A DNA stretch of 64,000 bases. Origin: Squalus acanthias (taxonomy: Eukaryota). Below are positions 24,297-37,679 of this stretch, piece after piece. The stretch is from positions 30,134,001 through 30,198,000 of the forward strand of contig CM059425.1 of NCBI GenBank assembly GCA_030390025.1, given 5' to 3'. A program made the translations under genes and the position numbers. The notes below the pieces were generated by a model that worked only from the letters and a program-made list of their open reading frames with translations, ran no database searches and was not told the origin of the DNA. Within the stretch, counting starts at the first letter, position 1, and each line of letters starts with the position of its first letter.

Positions 24297-25704
24297 TGTA
24301 AAGGAATAGCCATATTCAGAAAAATACACCATCCTATGAACAGAATTCTAGCCTTATAAAACATGACAAACTGGGTTTAAAAATCTAAAAGCCTCAACAA
24401 CACAAAGCTGTAAACACCATACAGGCTTTTGAGATAAGAATCAGTTGCTGACACTAAAACAATAGCTCCACTGAAGCAGCAGATTGGAGCTTCCAGAAAG
24501 TCTGAGCTTTCGGAAGAACACAATAAGAATACCCAGTTAAATTGTCATAAACCAACACTTTGAAACAGAAACACAGAACATTAAAGAAACATATGCCTTC
24601 ATAAATATGACATCAAATGAAAGACAGGAGACATAATTCTTAATACAACCAATTGAGGTAGCTAGGAAGACAATCATGTACTCGGTTGAAGTGTTTTTAA
24701 TTTACATGTTGTAAAAGTTACAAACAGAAGACTTTGTAAATATGACATCAATAGATGCACCAAGCAATCACATTGTGTTTGTGTTGAACTTGGAACACCT
24801 AGGAGACATGAAGTCTGTATATAACCAGCTGAGGTGATTTAAGAATTGAATAGAAGACCTTCGTAAGAATGGCATCAAATAGATACATCTATTATAACCG
24901 TTTTTTATGATAAGTTTTGAACACCTAAAGGTAGAGACACAAGTCTGCAAGCTAACAGCTGAACAGACAGTAAGAATAGAAAGAAGTCAACCAAAATATA
25001 ACTAGAGATAATTAGCTTACATCAACAGGAAACTTCAAAGGATATACCACTGCAAAATGGGTATAAAATATAGAACTTTCAAATAGGAAGACAGAATTCG
25101 CTGAAAGGGGCAAGCGATTCTCAGCTTCAGAGACAGGCTCTGAAAGCCTATAACTCTTTGAGTCTCGGGTAATCAAAGGTATTTGATTTTGGTGGATATC
25201 CTGGATTAAGAATAAGTAGAAATGTAAAAATGTAATGAAGTTAAGATTTGAGAATAAGGATCTCTGAGAATAAGAATTGTAAGCTATTTGTTTTTAGAAC
25301 TGTTAAAGTTGCGATTGAATCACCAACTGTTAACTGCATGTCAATTCTTTAATAAATCTATATATTTTTAGAATTATCTCACATAGTACTTCTGTATCAA
25401 ACTCGCGAACTCAATCTCTGTACACTCTTTGGTGAGGAGTTGCAGAATTCTGGGGGAGTTTTCCGGACCCTCATAATATCTGGAAGGTTACAGTCTAGTT
25501 AAACTGATTAAAAGTGCTATCTGGAGGATGGTAACATCTTCAGGTCATTCCTTTCCTTTAGGGAGAGATAGTCTGGACCTTTACACCCAATTAAGCGTCT
25601 TATATGATTCGGCTATCTCTAACTTTAGTTGAAGGTGAACGTCTGGGGAATACGCCTGATCCGGGGTGGCCTGAAAGGGGCTAGGACTAGTAATTATCCC
25701 TTCA
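24297..25704 (+). mobile_element. Solo LTR (retrovirus or LTR retrotransposon), 1408 bp
   Basis: Starts TGTAAAGGAATA and ends TATCCCTTCA (imperfect inverted termini); 4-bp TSD ATGT (24293-24296, 25705-25708); TATAAAA at 25062; AATAAA at 25351. Confidence 0.75.
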
Positions 25705-25865
25705 ATGTTAGGTAGATACTGGCAAGGGAGAAATTGAATAGAGCTTTATCCTTTAGGAATTATCTGTGGTTAATCAGAAGATTAAATAAATTGTGGATAG
25801 TCACTGGTGATACAAACTGTCTGTTAGAAGGAATGAACATGATGGGTCAAAATGGTCTTTTTTGT

Positions 25866-25992
25866 CTGGGAATATCCTCGGAGTTTCCCGGTCACAATAA
25901 CTTTGGCGGAAAATCAGTGGAAACGGAGTTCCTGCAGATCTTTTGCCAAAGTTACAGCAGCCGATCAGGAAAACACCCAAGGAAATTCCTGG
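25866..25992. repeat. Small fold-back (MITE-like) element
   Basis: Arms ggaatatcctcgg..taactttggc / gccaaagtta..ccaaggaaattcc; similar to the palindrome at 19.2 kb. Confidence 0.55.
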
Positions 25993-26049
25993 TGTTAAGG
26001 GCCTGCCTCTTAAAACAACACAGCAAACATATCTATAGCATTCCTCATG

Positions 26050-27150
26050 TACACAGAGACATCAGAGTGATTTACCAAGCAGGATTGAGGAAGGCAGAAG
26101 AAGAATTAGAAGGGAGTGCAGTTATGGTTAAAGAGAAGGGTCTTTAGGAGGCTTTTAGAAACCCGGAGGGTGGTCACGGCAGATTTGCTGAGGGAGGGAG
26201 GTCCAGAGCGTGGGTGCATAGTAGCTTATGGAATAGCTGCTGGTGGTGGTGTGGAGGGAGCAGGAAATGAGAAATAGCATAATGTTGGAAGAGTGAAGGG
26301 ATGAGATTATGGGATGTGAATATTAAAAGTCAATTCTCTGGGGCATGGGAAGCCACTGTAACTTGGTCTGGATGGGTTTCATGATGATGTGGGCTTTAGT
26401 GTGGCCTTAGGCTGTGGCATCCTGGATGACTTGTAATGAGTGATTGTGTGACCTGGCATTCCCATTGAGGAGTGGAGCTGGAAGGATGTGCAAATTGGCA
26501 AATTGTGAGTGCACAACCTCTGATTTTCCATCCACTATGAATGGAAAATCACAGCTGGGCGCCTGAGATGCACTTGCTACACACACCACTCCCTGCTGGA
26601 AGCACCATGACGTGGAACCACCTCTAGTTTATTGAGGTTAGAAGCAGGACGATTGATGAGGTGAGCATTGGACAAATGAGCATCGAAGTAATAAAAGCCA
26701 GAATTACAGTTTTGGCAGCAGAGGAGGGAGCAGTAGGGGTGGAGGCAATGTTTTCGAGGATAAAGAAAGTGTTATTGGTAATGGATTGGATATGGCGAAG
26801 GAAGTTGAACTCTGAGTCAAGCAGTAAGACAAGGTTCCGCACCTCCACACTTATCTTGAGGTAGCAGCCAGGGAGGTTAATTGAGTGACTGTATGGGCAT
26901 GAGAAGAGAAGCTATTGGAGGCATTAAAGTCTCAATGATGTGACTGGTAGGAGTGCAACCATGAGAGAGCAATGCCACAGAGGTGGACTGTAGAGGAGAA
27001 ACATTTGAGACCGGTTGACTGTGCCAAAGGCAGCAGAGAGGTTGAAGGGGAGGAGGGGGTTGCGGTAGTGGTCACACATGATGGTATTGATGATTTTGAC
27101 CAGCGTGGTCTCTGTATTGTGAGTGGGGTAGATGCCTGTTTTGAAGGCTT
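26050..27150 (-). mobile_element. Old degenerate L2 LINE
   Basis: ORF EVRNLVLLLDSEFNFLRHIQSITNNTFFILENIA..AAKTVILAFITS is an L2 RT C-terminus. Confidence 0.7.
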
Positions 27151-27694
27151 TAGATGCAGCTTATCTAACCATATACTCCTTTTTTACGCTAAGCCCAAAC
27201 TGTAAATTAAGTTACATTAGTTAGTCTAGCAAAGAGACTATAAACTGATTATTGGGCAAATAAATATCACTAATAATGTTACCAATTAATTTGCAAGTGG
27301 CTTCATCAGAACAGCTAAAGGTGGAGAAGCATTTGAGAATTTAAATGGAACAAAGACAGTTTCTTTATTGGAGCGTCATTGGACAAAAAGAAAAATTACG
27401 AACGCTGGAAGTCTCGAGTAAAAACAGATTTAAAATGTTGGAAGTGCACAGCAAATTGGTTGGCATCCGAAGGAGAACAATAGATTGTTTTGGATGTGAC
27501 TGAAGGATCAAATTGAAGCATTAACATACCTTTCTCTTTCAGATGGTAGTCAATCTGCTATGAATTCTCAATATTTTCTGTATTTATTTAAGTGATTTTA
27601 AAGCTTGTTTAAACAGAATCATTAAAATGAGTGAAAGTGACTCTACGCACATTGAACAATGCAACTTATTAAAAACTAAAAGCCCTCCAGTTTT

Positions 27695-29240
27695 AGAACA
27701 TAAGAAATAAGAGCAGGAGTAGGCCATTTGGCCCTTCGAGCCTGCTCCACCATTCAATAAGATCATGGCTGATCTTCTACCTCAACTCCACCTTTCCGCA
27801 TTATCCCCATATCCCTTGATTCCCTTAGTATCTAAAAATCTATTGATCTCTGTCTTGAATATACTCAACGACTGAGCATCCATAGCCCTCCGGGATAGAG
27901 AATTCCAAAGATTCACCACCCTCTGAGTGAAGAAATTTCTCCTCATCTCAGTCCTAAATGGCCACCCCCTTATTCTGAGACTGTGCCCCCTAGTTCTAAA
28001 TTTCCCAGCCAGGGGAAACCTCCTCCCAGCATCTACCCTGTCAAGCCCCTTAAGAATTTTATATGTTTCAATGAGATCACCTCTCATTCTTCTCAACTCT
28101 AGGGAATATAGGCCTAGTCGCCTCAGTCTCTACTCATAGGGCAATCTCCTCATCCCAGGAATCAGTCTGGTGAACCTTTGTTGCACTCCCTCTAAGGCAA
28201 GTATGTCTTTCCTTAGGTAAAGAGACCAAAACTGTACATAGTACTCCAGGTGTGGTCTCACCAAGGCCCTATATAATTGCAATAAGACTTCTTTATTCTT
28301 ATACTCTAATCCCTTTGTAATAAAGGCTAACATACCATTTGCTTTCCTAATTGCTTGCTGTACCTGCATGTTAACTTTCAATGATTTATGTACAAGGACA
28401 CCCAGGTCCCTCTCAATACCAACATTTCCCAGTCTCTCACCTTTTAAAAAATATTCTGCTTTTCTATTTTTCCTACCAAAGTGGTTCACTTCACATTTCT
28501 CCATGTTATATTCCATCTAGCACATTTTTGCCCATTCATTTAACCTGTCTATATCCCTTTTCAGCCTCTTTGTGTCCTCCTCACAGTTTACTTTCCCACC
28601 TAGCTTTGTATCATCAGAAAACCTGGATATATTACACTCAGTCCCCTTATCCAAGTCATTGATATAGATTGTAAATAGTTGAGGCCCAAGCACTGATCCT
28701 TGCGATACCCCACTAGTTACTGCCTGCCAACCGGAAAATGACCCGTTTATTCCTACTCTCTGTTTTCTGTCCGTTAACCAAACCTCAATCTATGCTAATA
28801 TATTACTCCTAGTCCCATAAGCCCTAATTTTGTTTAATAACCTCTTGTGTGGCACCTTATCGAATGCTTTTTGAAAATCCAAATATACTACATCCACTGG
28901 TTCCCCCTTATCTATTCTGCTAGTTACAACCTCAAAAAACTCTAACAGATTTGTCAAACATGATTCCCCTGTCATAAATCTGATTTGATTCTGCCCAATC
29001 ATATTATGATTTTCTAATTGCGCTGTTACCACGTCCCTAATAATAGATTCTAGCATTTTTCCCTTCTACTGATGTGAGGCTAACTGGCCTATAGTTCCCT
29101 GTTTTCTCTCTCCCTCCTTTCTTAAATAGCGAGGTTATGTTTGCTACCTTCCAATCTGCTGGAACCATTCTAAAATCTAGGGAATTCTGATCAAAACCAA
29201 TGCATCCAGTATCTCTGTAGCCGCCTCTTTTAAAAACCTT
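27695..29240 (-). mobile_element. CR1 LINE, 5'-truncated
   Basis: GNYRPVSLTS, VDVVYLDFQKAFDKVPH, LYRALVRPHLEY and RMRGDLIETYK in broken frames; tail agaacataagaa. Confidence 0.95.
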
Positions 29241-31559
29241 CCCCACAAATCGAAGTGCGCAATTCTTGCTTACTTCACATATGAAATTTTGAGCTGTTTG
29301 AATTAAATGTATAGCATTGAGAATCTGCATAGAGTCACTTCCACTCGATTTTAAAGATTCCCACAAATTACAAGCTGCATTTTATTTTTGAGTTGTGTGT
29401 TTTGAACTGCACAGTGCCTTGAACCACTGTCGTACCATTTTAATCAGTGGCAGAACGAGCTATTTTTATATCACTGAATCAATATTAATAAGGCTGTGTC
29501 AATCTATTTCCAGCTCACATTTGCTTGGGAATTTCATCCAATGATCAGGAAAGAAGAGAGGGGAAAACAGAGGAGGGGCAAAGTCTCGCAGGCACAATCC
29601 ACGTTCAGCTAACAGTTCTTTTAGGGGGAAGGAGAAGAAGCTGTATTTAATAAGGAAAAAAGGCAATTGTGTTATTTTGTAAGCTTTTATTTAATAATTT
29701 TTTAAAAATGCTTGACTAGAACAATGTGCATTGTGGCAGGGGTATCATTTAAACAAATAGTAAAATGCTGGCCCCTCAATTAATGTACATATGCAACCTC
29801 TACTCATGCTTAGTAATGCACTGCTAAAGAAATGCACCATAGCGAATAAGTGGTTGAGGTGGGGGGCAGCTGCGAGGGGTGGAAATAGGTCACTAGATTT
29901 GCAAAATTTGATATGATTCATATCAGGAAACATTTGCTTTGGCTATTGAAAAGCGAAACTCCCACACAGCACTTAAGCTGCAAGAGCCATTTCATCCAGC
30001 GAAGTCATCAAATGATACTGTGCACATCGGACTGGTGCCTCGGCAAAACAAGCTGCAACAGTTCAGTCCTGGTTTCTCTGAGGCATTTCTGGCAGTGATG
30101 CTTCTGTTTGCTGGATGTTTTGCCAATCAGATTCAGATACATGGAGTAATGAATTACTCAGTTGTAATAACAGTCACCGCTCCATGTCTGTTTATTCTGA
30201 GTTTCCTGCTGTTTGGAGGAGGCATCCCTTTATTTTCTGTGGTCCCTGAAGTAGCACACCATAGAAACGCAGAAAATCTCAAAGCTGGAAACACCACGGG
30301 GTATATTCTCCTCCATGATCCCACCAAAAACGGGCAGGATAAGGGGTGGAGAATAAGGGAAAATTCCAGTGGTGGGACCTACCACTGCCTCAACACACCA
30401 GGCTGGATTTTTCTTCACACCGCCCCCCCCCCCACCGCCGACCCTGCCGTTGATCCTTCCCCACTCACCGCATGCAAATGTTGGTGGATTTTCCTGGTGT
30501 CTGCCTCATTTACCCGCTGCTTCCTGGGCCCACCTTGTGGAAGGTGGCAGCAGAACCCTCAGCTCCACCAATAGAGGGAGAAGGTCTTGAAGCAGCCTCC
30601 TTTCCCGCCAATTTGGCCCCCGCTTATCTTCCTGTCTAAGCCTCAATCTCACCATTTTCCCATTAATTCTATAATCCTGCTGTTTATTTTGTATCTCTAA
30701 ATTGTCAACTTGCCTTCCCAGACAGCCCAAATCGCCATGTAGCTTGTCCCTATCTTTCACAGTATTAACCACCCCTGCTACTTTGGTATCGTCCTCATAC
30801 TTTAAGAGGTAGCTGCAACACCTTCTTTCAGATAGTTTCTTAAAATGTTGAAGAACAGTTGTCTCAACACATAGCTTTGCAGGAGCCCACACAGCCCAGC
30901 ACACTTGCCATTTAAACAGACCCTCTGTTTCCTATTGTCCAGCCATGGTTCAATTTTGTCCACCCCAGTCCAACACCGGCATCTCCGCATCAATCTATCT
31001 CAACATACTGCTGCCAATAGGAGTGTCAGCAAAGGCAACAGAAGGGCTGTGGGGGAGAAGCAAACTCTGCTCTGGTTGTTAGGACAGCTAGCGGGGAGAG
31101 AGGCTATCTTTTTTATGATAAGATAAGATAAGATTCCCCCTGGTGGCCTGTTTATATTTTTTGTAACAGTATGCGAACAGATAGCGTACCGATTATACCA
31201 AGTGAATTTCATCATGCTCAATGTTCCACATATTTTGTCTAGCATAGAATAAAGCAGCTTATGAACCGAATCAAATGACACCTCACCTACTGTTAACTCA
31301 GTCTGCCTTCTGATAGATTAAAGGAGTATATGTGCTTAAGACACATGGATGCAGCCCGAATTGTGAGGGAGTTTCGTCTTTAGACTCCTGGATTTTGTTA
31401 CCCTACCAGTAGATACAAGGCAGTGGGAGTCAACTTCTGTAAAAAAGCAGGCAACCACACCATTTAATAGAGCGACTGACGCCACTGAAGCCGAGTAGAC
31501 ACCTGCGGCAGATTCTTAACACTCTCTAAATGCTCAACCAACACGTCCTTAATAATTGA

Positions 31560-33700
31560 TTCTAGAGTTTTCACTGTGAGAGCAATGGTCAGTCGTTCTC
31601 CAGATCCCCTGTTAAACGAGAACACTACATCTGCCATTGTTTAATTCTTTGGTACCACAAACTTATCAAAGAATTTCTAAATATTTGCACCAGTGGTTGT
31701 AGGAAGCACATTTTTGAGTTTCTGAAGGATAAATCTCATCCGTCCTAAGTGCATTATTCACTGGGATCTCATTCAAGTATGCATCACTAACTCTGCTAAT
31801 AATGCATCATTGTGGCCATCTTAAATAATCTACTTTGTTAACAATCCTGTACTGTTCTGTTCCCTTGTTAATACGAAACTAAAGAATTCATTCAATTTTC
31901 TGTTATGTCCATATCTTCATTAATCATACCACCCTTTTCAGAAGCCAGTAATCCTATACTTTCTGTTCTTTTTCTGCTAATTGTACTTGAATTTTTTTTC
32001 TCATTCGTGCTAGTTTGCCGAGTAGTTTTAAATTCCTGTGCATGTGTAGCCATTTTAACATAGAGAACTTTTGCATTCTCTAAGTTTCCCTTTATATTAG
32101 TTCTTAGTATGATGTGCTGCGGACAACTTATGGAATTTGAATCCCTTCACTTGATTCCTGATAGCATTAGTCCCTTCCCTGTTATCTAGGCTTGCCATCA
32201 TTGCCCACTATTCTTCCTACAACTTCTACATGCTGCCACTGCCCTCGCAATTATCTTTTAAAATCGGAACCATTTAACCAGTATTCCATTCCTTTTTTTA
32301 GTCCTGCCCTATCTGGCCTTACCTGTCTGCACATCCTTCTAAAGCCTGTCTTCCCAAGGTTTAAATGTCTAATGCTACTGTCACTGTTTTTCCTTCACTT
32401 TCCTTACCCTGAACCTTATGGCCCTATGATCACTGTTCTCCAGATGCTGCCCCACCTCAGCTCCTGCCATAATGTTCCCATAACGTCAGCATTCGATCAA
32501 ATACAGCCTAATTTCTAGTCTTCTCAACAACATATTGTTCAATGCAACAGTACTGTACCACATCTATAAATTCCTGACTCTTTGTTCTCCTACCACTACT
32601 CATTCAATACCTGGGATGTTAAAAGCCTCTATTGTTAAAACATTACCCTTGCTGGATACTCTCCTTACCACCCGGTGAAATAGCTCATCAATACTGGCTG
32701 TCAGGTCTGGCAATCTGTAGCAGATTCCCACCAGTACTTTCCCTTCGTTTCCCTCATTTAGTTCTAACCAGAGAGATTCCGTTTCACTTGAGTCCTCTCC
32801 AATGGCTTGCCTTTCCAGTACCTTTATGCTGTCCACCCCACCCTCACCTAAATCTATCCCCTCTGAACAGTTTATAACCTGCCAGTGTTGTATTCCATTT
32901 TGCTCTCCCCTCCCCCAACCATGTGTTCATTATACTAATGATGTTCACACATTCTATGTGAAATAGCCCTCTAACTCATACGCAAATGCTAGTGGTTTAG
33001 GAGGGAAAATGGCTCACCCTTTCCATTCACTCACCTTTTTTTAATAATGTTTGACCTTTCCCTCACACTGCTTTCGTTTACCTTACCCGTGATTTATTTA
33101 GATTCAGCATTGTCTTCCTGTACTATGGTTTTGTTGCTTCCTATTGGAATCTTCCTGGCTATATTTTTTGAGCTTTTGCCTCCAACTGTCTAAAACATAT
33201 CTCTATCAGTCTATGCATTCTTTCCAACAGTATCACTGTTCCAATTCTGTTTAAGTGAAGATAATCCAGTTGATACAGGCTTTCTGTTTCCCAGAAGTCA
33301 CTAAGTTTCCTAAATATCTAAAACCATGGTCCCTATGTCACACCCCTTAGCCAAATGTCCACATGTCTTATCCTAGCTTCCCTCCCTGCTCCTGCACTGG
33401 TACTATTTCAGAGAATGCCAACATTCAGTCCTTCCCTTGAACTTTCACTCCAGCTCCCTGAAATTACTATTAATGACTGTGGAACTAGACATAACTACAT
33501 CATTGGTTCAATGTAAACTATAATGACAGGTTCCTTCTCGCACTCCATTATTGGATAATTTGCCCGTGAGCCGAGATCTGTCAGTCTCACACCTGGGAAG
33601 CAAAATAGCTGAAGGCAACATAGCTGACCGTTCTCCTAGTTATATTTGCAGATCTTCCTGTTTACATATTTAAGGATTGAATCTTCCATAACAAACTAGT
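31560..33700 (-). mobile_element. Old degenerate CR1-like LINE (endonuclease region), boundaries approximate
   Basis: ETESLWLEL..KVLVGICYRLPD..NVLTIEAFNIPGIE resembles APE endonuclease motifs (GxxYRPP, GDFN). Confidence 0.6.
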
Positions 33701-34684
33701 GTGTGTTTTTTAAACTCCTTACCTATTCTGAATTTTTATTTTATAAGCACATTGAGTTGGTTGATCATGTATGGGAGAATAAATGGATCTTACAGTTGGG
33801 CCTTTGAATCATTCTCTGTACTAAAAATCCTCACTTGTTCATGTAGGTACTGGTTGTTATCTTGCCTTTGTGTACATTAATTTCATTTCGAGAGAGTGAA
33901 ATAGACTCTTGACCTGAAATATCATAGAATAAATGCTGTTTTCCAAGAGAAACAAGTGATGCCTGAATAACGCTGTTGTATTTCAGCCAGGAAAATCTCC
34001 CGTAACTATTACAGATTTCCTCTTCATCTGAAGTGCCTCTGCCCTGGCAATTACAGCAATACTCTTGGTACTGTGAAATTCTGTGGCCACCTGCTCAGCT
34101 CTGCTCACCAGTCCCGATACCGGCCAAAGCTTCCTATCTCTTCTAGTGAAGATTGTAGCTTCTCATCCTCTCTGTGACCACATTCTGTACTTGTCCCTTT
34201 CCATGCTTATGAGTCGGTTTTGTAGCCCATAGGTCTTGCTCTCTTACCTTTCAACTTTCTCAGGTGTAGCTATAAAATTCCCTATTAAATAACAACATGC
34301 ATCAGAGTGGAGCAGGCTCGAAGGGCCGAATGGCCTACTCCTGCTCCTATTTTTCTATCAGCATTGACCTGTGACCTGGGTAACCCTACATGTGGTATCC
34401 TCACTACAGGGATGGTTTTCATGCTGATCCTTGATGTAATATGTACCACATGTACTCTTTATCTATATAGCAGTATGCATATTAGTAACTGGTTTAGCAG
34501 AGGAGGTTATTGACCCTTGCTAAAATTAGTGGCACCACTGGACCTACCTGAAATCTTGGTTTCACACAGGACTAAGCATGTAACCCTTCTAATCTTCTCA
34601 TGTGGCACACATGGAAAAAGCTGATATTCTTCCCTCTTTGCCCTGATTATGGACTACAAATCACATGCCCCAACATTTTGTTAA

Positions 34685-35452
34685 TAGAAACATAGAAACA
34701 TAGAAGATAGGAGCAGGAGTAGGCCATTCGGCCCTTCAAGCCTGCTCCGCCATTCAATGAGATCATGGCTGATCATCCAAATTCAGTACGCTGTCCCTGC
34801 TTTCTCCCCATATCCCTTGATCCCTTTAGCCTTAAGAACTATATCTAACTCCTTCTTGAATATATTTAATATTTTGGCCTCAACTGCCTTCTGTGGTAGA
34901 GAATTCCACAGGTTCACCACTCTCTGGGTGAAGAAATTCCTCCTCATCTCAGCCCTAAATGGCTTACCCCTTATCCTTAGACTGTGACCCCTGGTTCTGG
35001 ACTCACCCGCCATCGGGAACATCCTTTCTGCATCTAGTCTGTCTAGTCCGGTTAGAATTTTATAAGTTTCAATGAGATCCCCTCTCATTCTTCTAAACTC
35101 TAGCGAATATAAGCCTAATCGACCCAATCTCTCTTCATACGTCATCCCTGCCATCCCAGGTATCAGCCTGGTGAATCTTCGCTGCACTCACTCCATGGCA
35201 AGAGCATCCTTCCTCAGATAAGGCGACCAAAACTGTACACAATACTCAAGGTGTGGTCTCACCAAGGCCCTGTACAACTGCAGCAAGACATCCCTGCTCC
35301 TGTACTCGAATCCTCTCGCTATGAAGGCCAACATACCATTTGCCTTCTTAACCGCCTGCTGCACCTGCATGCTTACCTTCAGCGACTGGTGCACAAGGAC
35401 ACCCAGGTCTCGTTGCACCTCCCCTTTTCCCAATCTATTGCCGTTCAGATAA
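34685..35452 (-). mobile_element. CR1 LINE 3' fragment
   Basis: LYRALVRPHLEYCVQFWSP and RRMRGDLIETYKIL; (TTCTATGT)n tail seen as atagaaacatagaaacatagaa. Confidence 0.95.
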
Positions 35453-35909
35453 TTTGTTCCTGCACCCCCATAACCTTAGCATCCTGCAGGAATCTACCGG
35501 CCTTCGTGGCAGTGATTGCAGACTGAAACTTTATAGTGTATACAAAGACAACTTGCATTTATATAGGGGTGCTTAATGTAAAAAAAATATTCCAAGCTGC
35601 TTCACAAATAGAAAAAGATGAGGGAACCGATGCCAATCCATGGAGCGAGAGATTAGAATGGATTACCGAAGGCTTGGTTCAAAAGTTGGGTTTCGAGAAG
35701 GTTCTTGACGGTCGAGAGATTTTGAGCTAAAGGTGTTAAATGAGCTAAACATGGACTATCTGCAGTGATCACATAGTCAGTGTCTGCAATAAACAAGACC
35801 AATTGGTCATTCAGATCAAACTCGTTTTTACATGCCAGAGTAGACCATGTGTTGACTTCCTTTTGTGGAATGACCTGTTCAGTCTATGTGTTTTTTTTTC
35901 TGTTGGCAG

Positions 35910-36038
35910 GAACTCCAGTTTGGTTCTACATGCAAATTGCACCCATAAGAAATGAATATGACAAGGTGGTTTTATTTTTATGCACTTTCAAAGACATTAC
36001 AGTATTTAAGCAACCCATTGAGGATGAGTCAACAAAAG
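35910..36038 (+). CDS. KCNH5: KCNH5 coding exon, PAS C-terminal part (equivalent to exon 4)
   Basis: ttttttttctgttggcag| acceptor and |gtagta donor; 129 bp; encodes (R)[42 protein letters not shown](G); phase 1-1. Confidence 0.96.
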
Positions 36039-36421
36039 GTAGTATTTCCTTTCTATCACCGATTTAATGTATTTGTATTGAGAGAATTCTATCTAGTTTT
36101 CATTAAACATACTTTACCTGTTGTATCAATGTTATAAGTGCAGACTGGCAGCTGTAACAGAAGAATGATGACGGCTGCAATATGTTGCATGAGAAGTTTC
36201 TATCATTACTCAGTTGAACAGAGATAGTGTCCATCATAGAAAATTAATTTTGTTTTACTCAATGGATCACTTAAATATCTGAATATATTATTTGGCTTAT
36301 GTTTCATATCATTGCTTCCTCTCTCAGCAGTCATTTGCACTCATTTGCAGCCCAGCATCATTTTATTTGTTCTGTAGCGTGCAATGTTACAGCCTGACTA
36401 TTCTAAAAAATGTGACATTTT

Positions 36422-37187
36422 GGCCCGGATTTTCCGGGGCCTATGACCACGTACACAGTGCGTACGCAGCCGTAAGTGCCCCGCAAGTTCCGGGTCTCCG
36501 CGTGCGCTGCGCATGCGAGAAAACCCGGAACTTGCAATCTGTCACGTTTCAGCTTGACAGATCCACCGTATCCCCAGGAAATGGACATTTGCTGGCGGAG
36601 AGTTGGGCTATTTGCCCAACTACTGTCCAGTGAATGCCTGTGAAACTCGTATGCCTGGTAAAAGCAGGTGTAGGGCCTTCTTTTACCAGTGCAAGAGTTG
36701 AAATAAATATTAAAATAATTAAAAAAAATTATTTAAACATAAAAAAACTTTAAAATTAGTTATAGGTTATTTTTAGCCCCTTTTAAAATGTTTAAATTTA
36801 TTTTTCAACAAATTACATTTTTGTTTTAAATGTTTAGTTTGTATTTTAATTAATTTTAAACATGTAATGATTTATTTTTATTTAACTGGTGTGCAATTGT
36901 GTTTTTTAGGGGATTCCTATTCATGTTTATGGGGATTCCGTATGTAAATAGAACTCCATAAGCATAATGGGGATCCCCTTTTTGATTGGTTGGGCCGGCC
37001 CACGTGCTCCCAGGGGCGCTCACGAACTGCATGCACCCCTGGGATACGTGGGCCTTTACACATGCGTACGCGTAGAGGCCCAGGACCACAAGTGTTCGAA
37101 CCTCCGGTAGCATCAGGTAGGTTCGTACTTTTCTTGCGGTTCGGAGGCATTCGCCTGCGGGAAGCCCCCGACCGTAAATTCAGGCCC
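36422..37187. mobile_element. Harbinger-like MITE family X, copy 1
   Basis: TIR GGCCCGGATTTT / GGGCCTGAATTT; collinear with copies at 40657 and 43793; AT-rich core. Confidence 0.8.
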
Positions 37188-37342
37188 GTTATTACAACCC
37201 CAAGGTTACAGTGTGCATTTCCCAAACTAATCTTGTATAGTAAGATTATCGGATTATCCCCATAACTAATTTACGCATGATCTCATTGACTTAGTGGGTA
37301 AATCAATGACCCCACAACAGAAGTAGGTAATAAATACAAGTC

Positions 37343-37679
37343 CAAAAAGAAAATACTGCAGATGCTGGAAATTTGAAATAAAAACAGAAAATGCTGGAGA
37401 TACTCAGCAGGTCAGGCAGCATCTGTGAAGAGAGAAACAGAGTTAACGTTTCAGGTCGATGACCTTTCATCAGAACTGGAAAAAAGCAGGAAATGGAACA
37501 GATTTTTAAGTAAGTGTAGGGGCTGGGAAAGCGGGGGGCGGGGATGAAAGAACAAAAGGGAAGGTCTGTGATAGGATAGAAGGCAGGAGAGGTTAAGAGA
37601 CATTGAGAGATATTCAAGGCAAAAGGAGATGATAATGGGACAGGTTAAGAAACAAAGGATGGCTCTAGATGAAGTGAAG
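37343..37679 (-). mobile_element. Penelope-like element 3' fragment
   Basis: 13-bp TSD ataaatacaagtc (37330-37342, 37680-37692); nearly identical to ~56248-56542. Confidence 0.88.
37441..37477 (-). ncRNA. Minimal type-I hammerhead ribozyme motif with intact core
   Basis: AGUU-CUGAUGA-A-AGGUC-auc-GACCU-GAAAC-GUU-AACU: 4-bp stem I, 5-bp stem II, loopless palindromic stem III (AACGUU). Confidence 0.8.

Noticed and set aside
29939..30574. 211-aa ORF
   Set aside because: No recognisable domain; it runs across degenerate repeat sequence.
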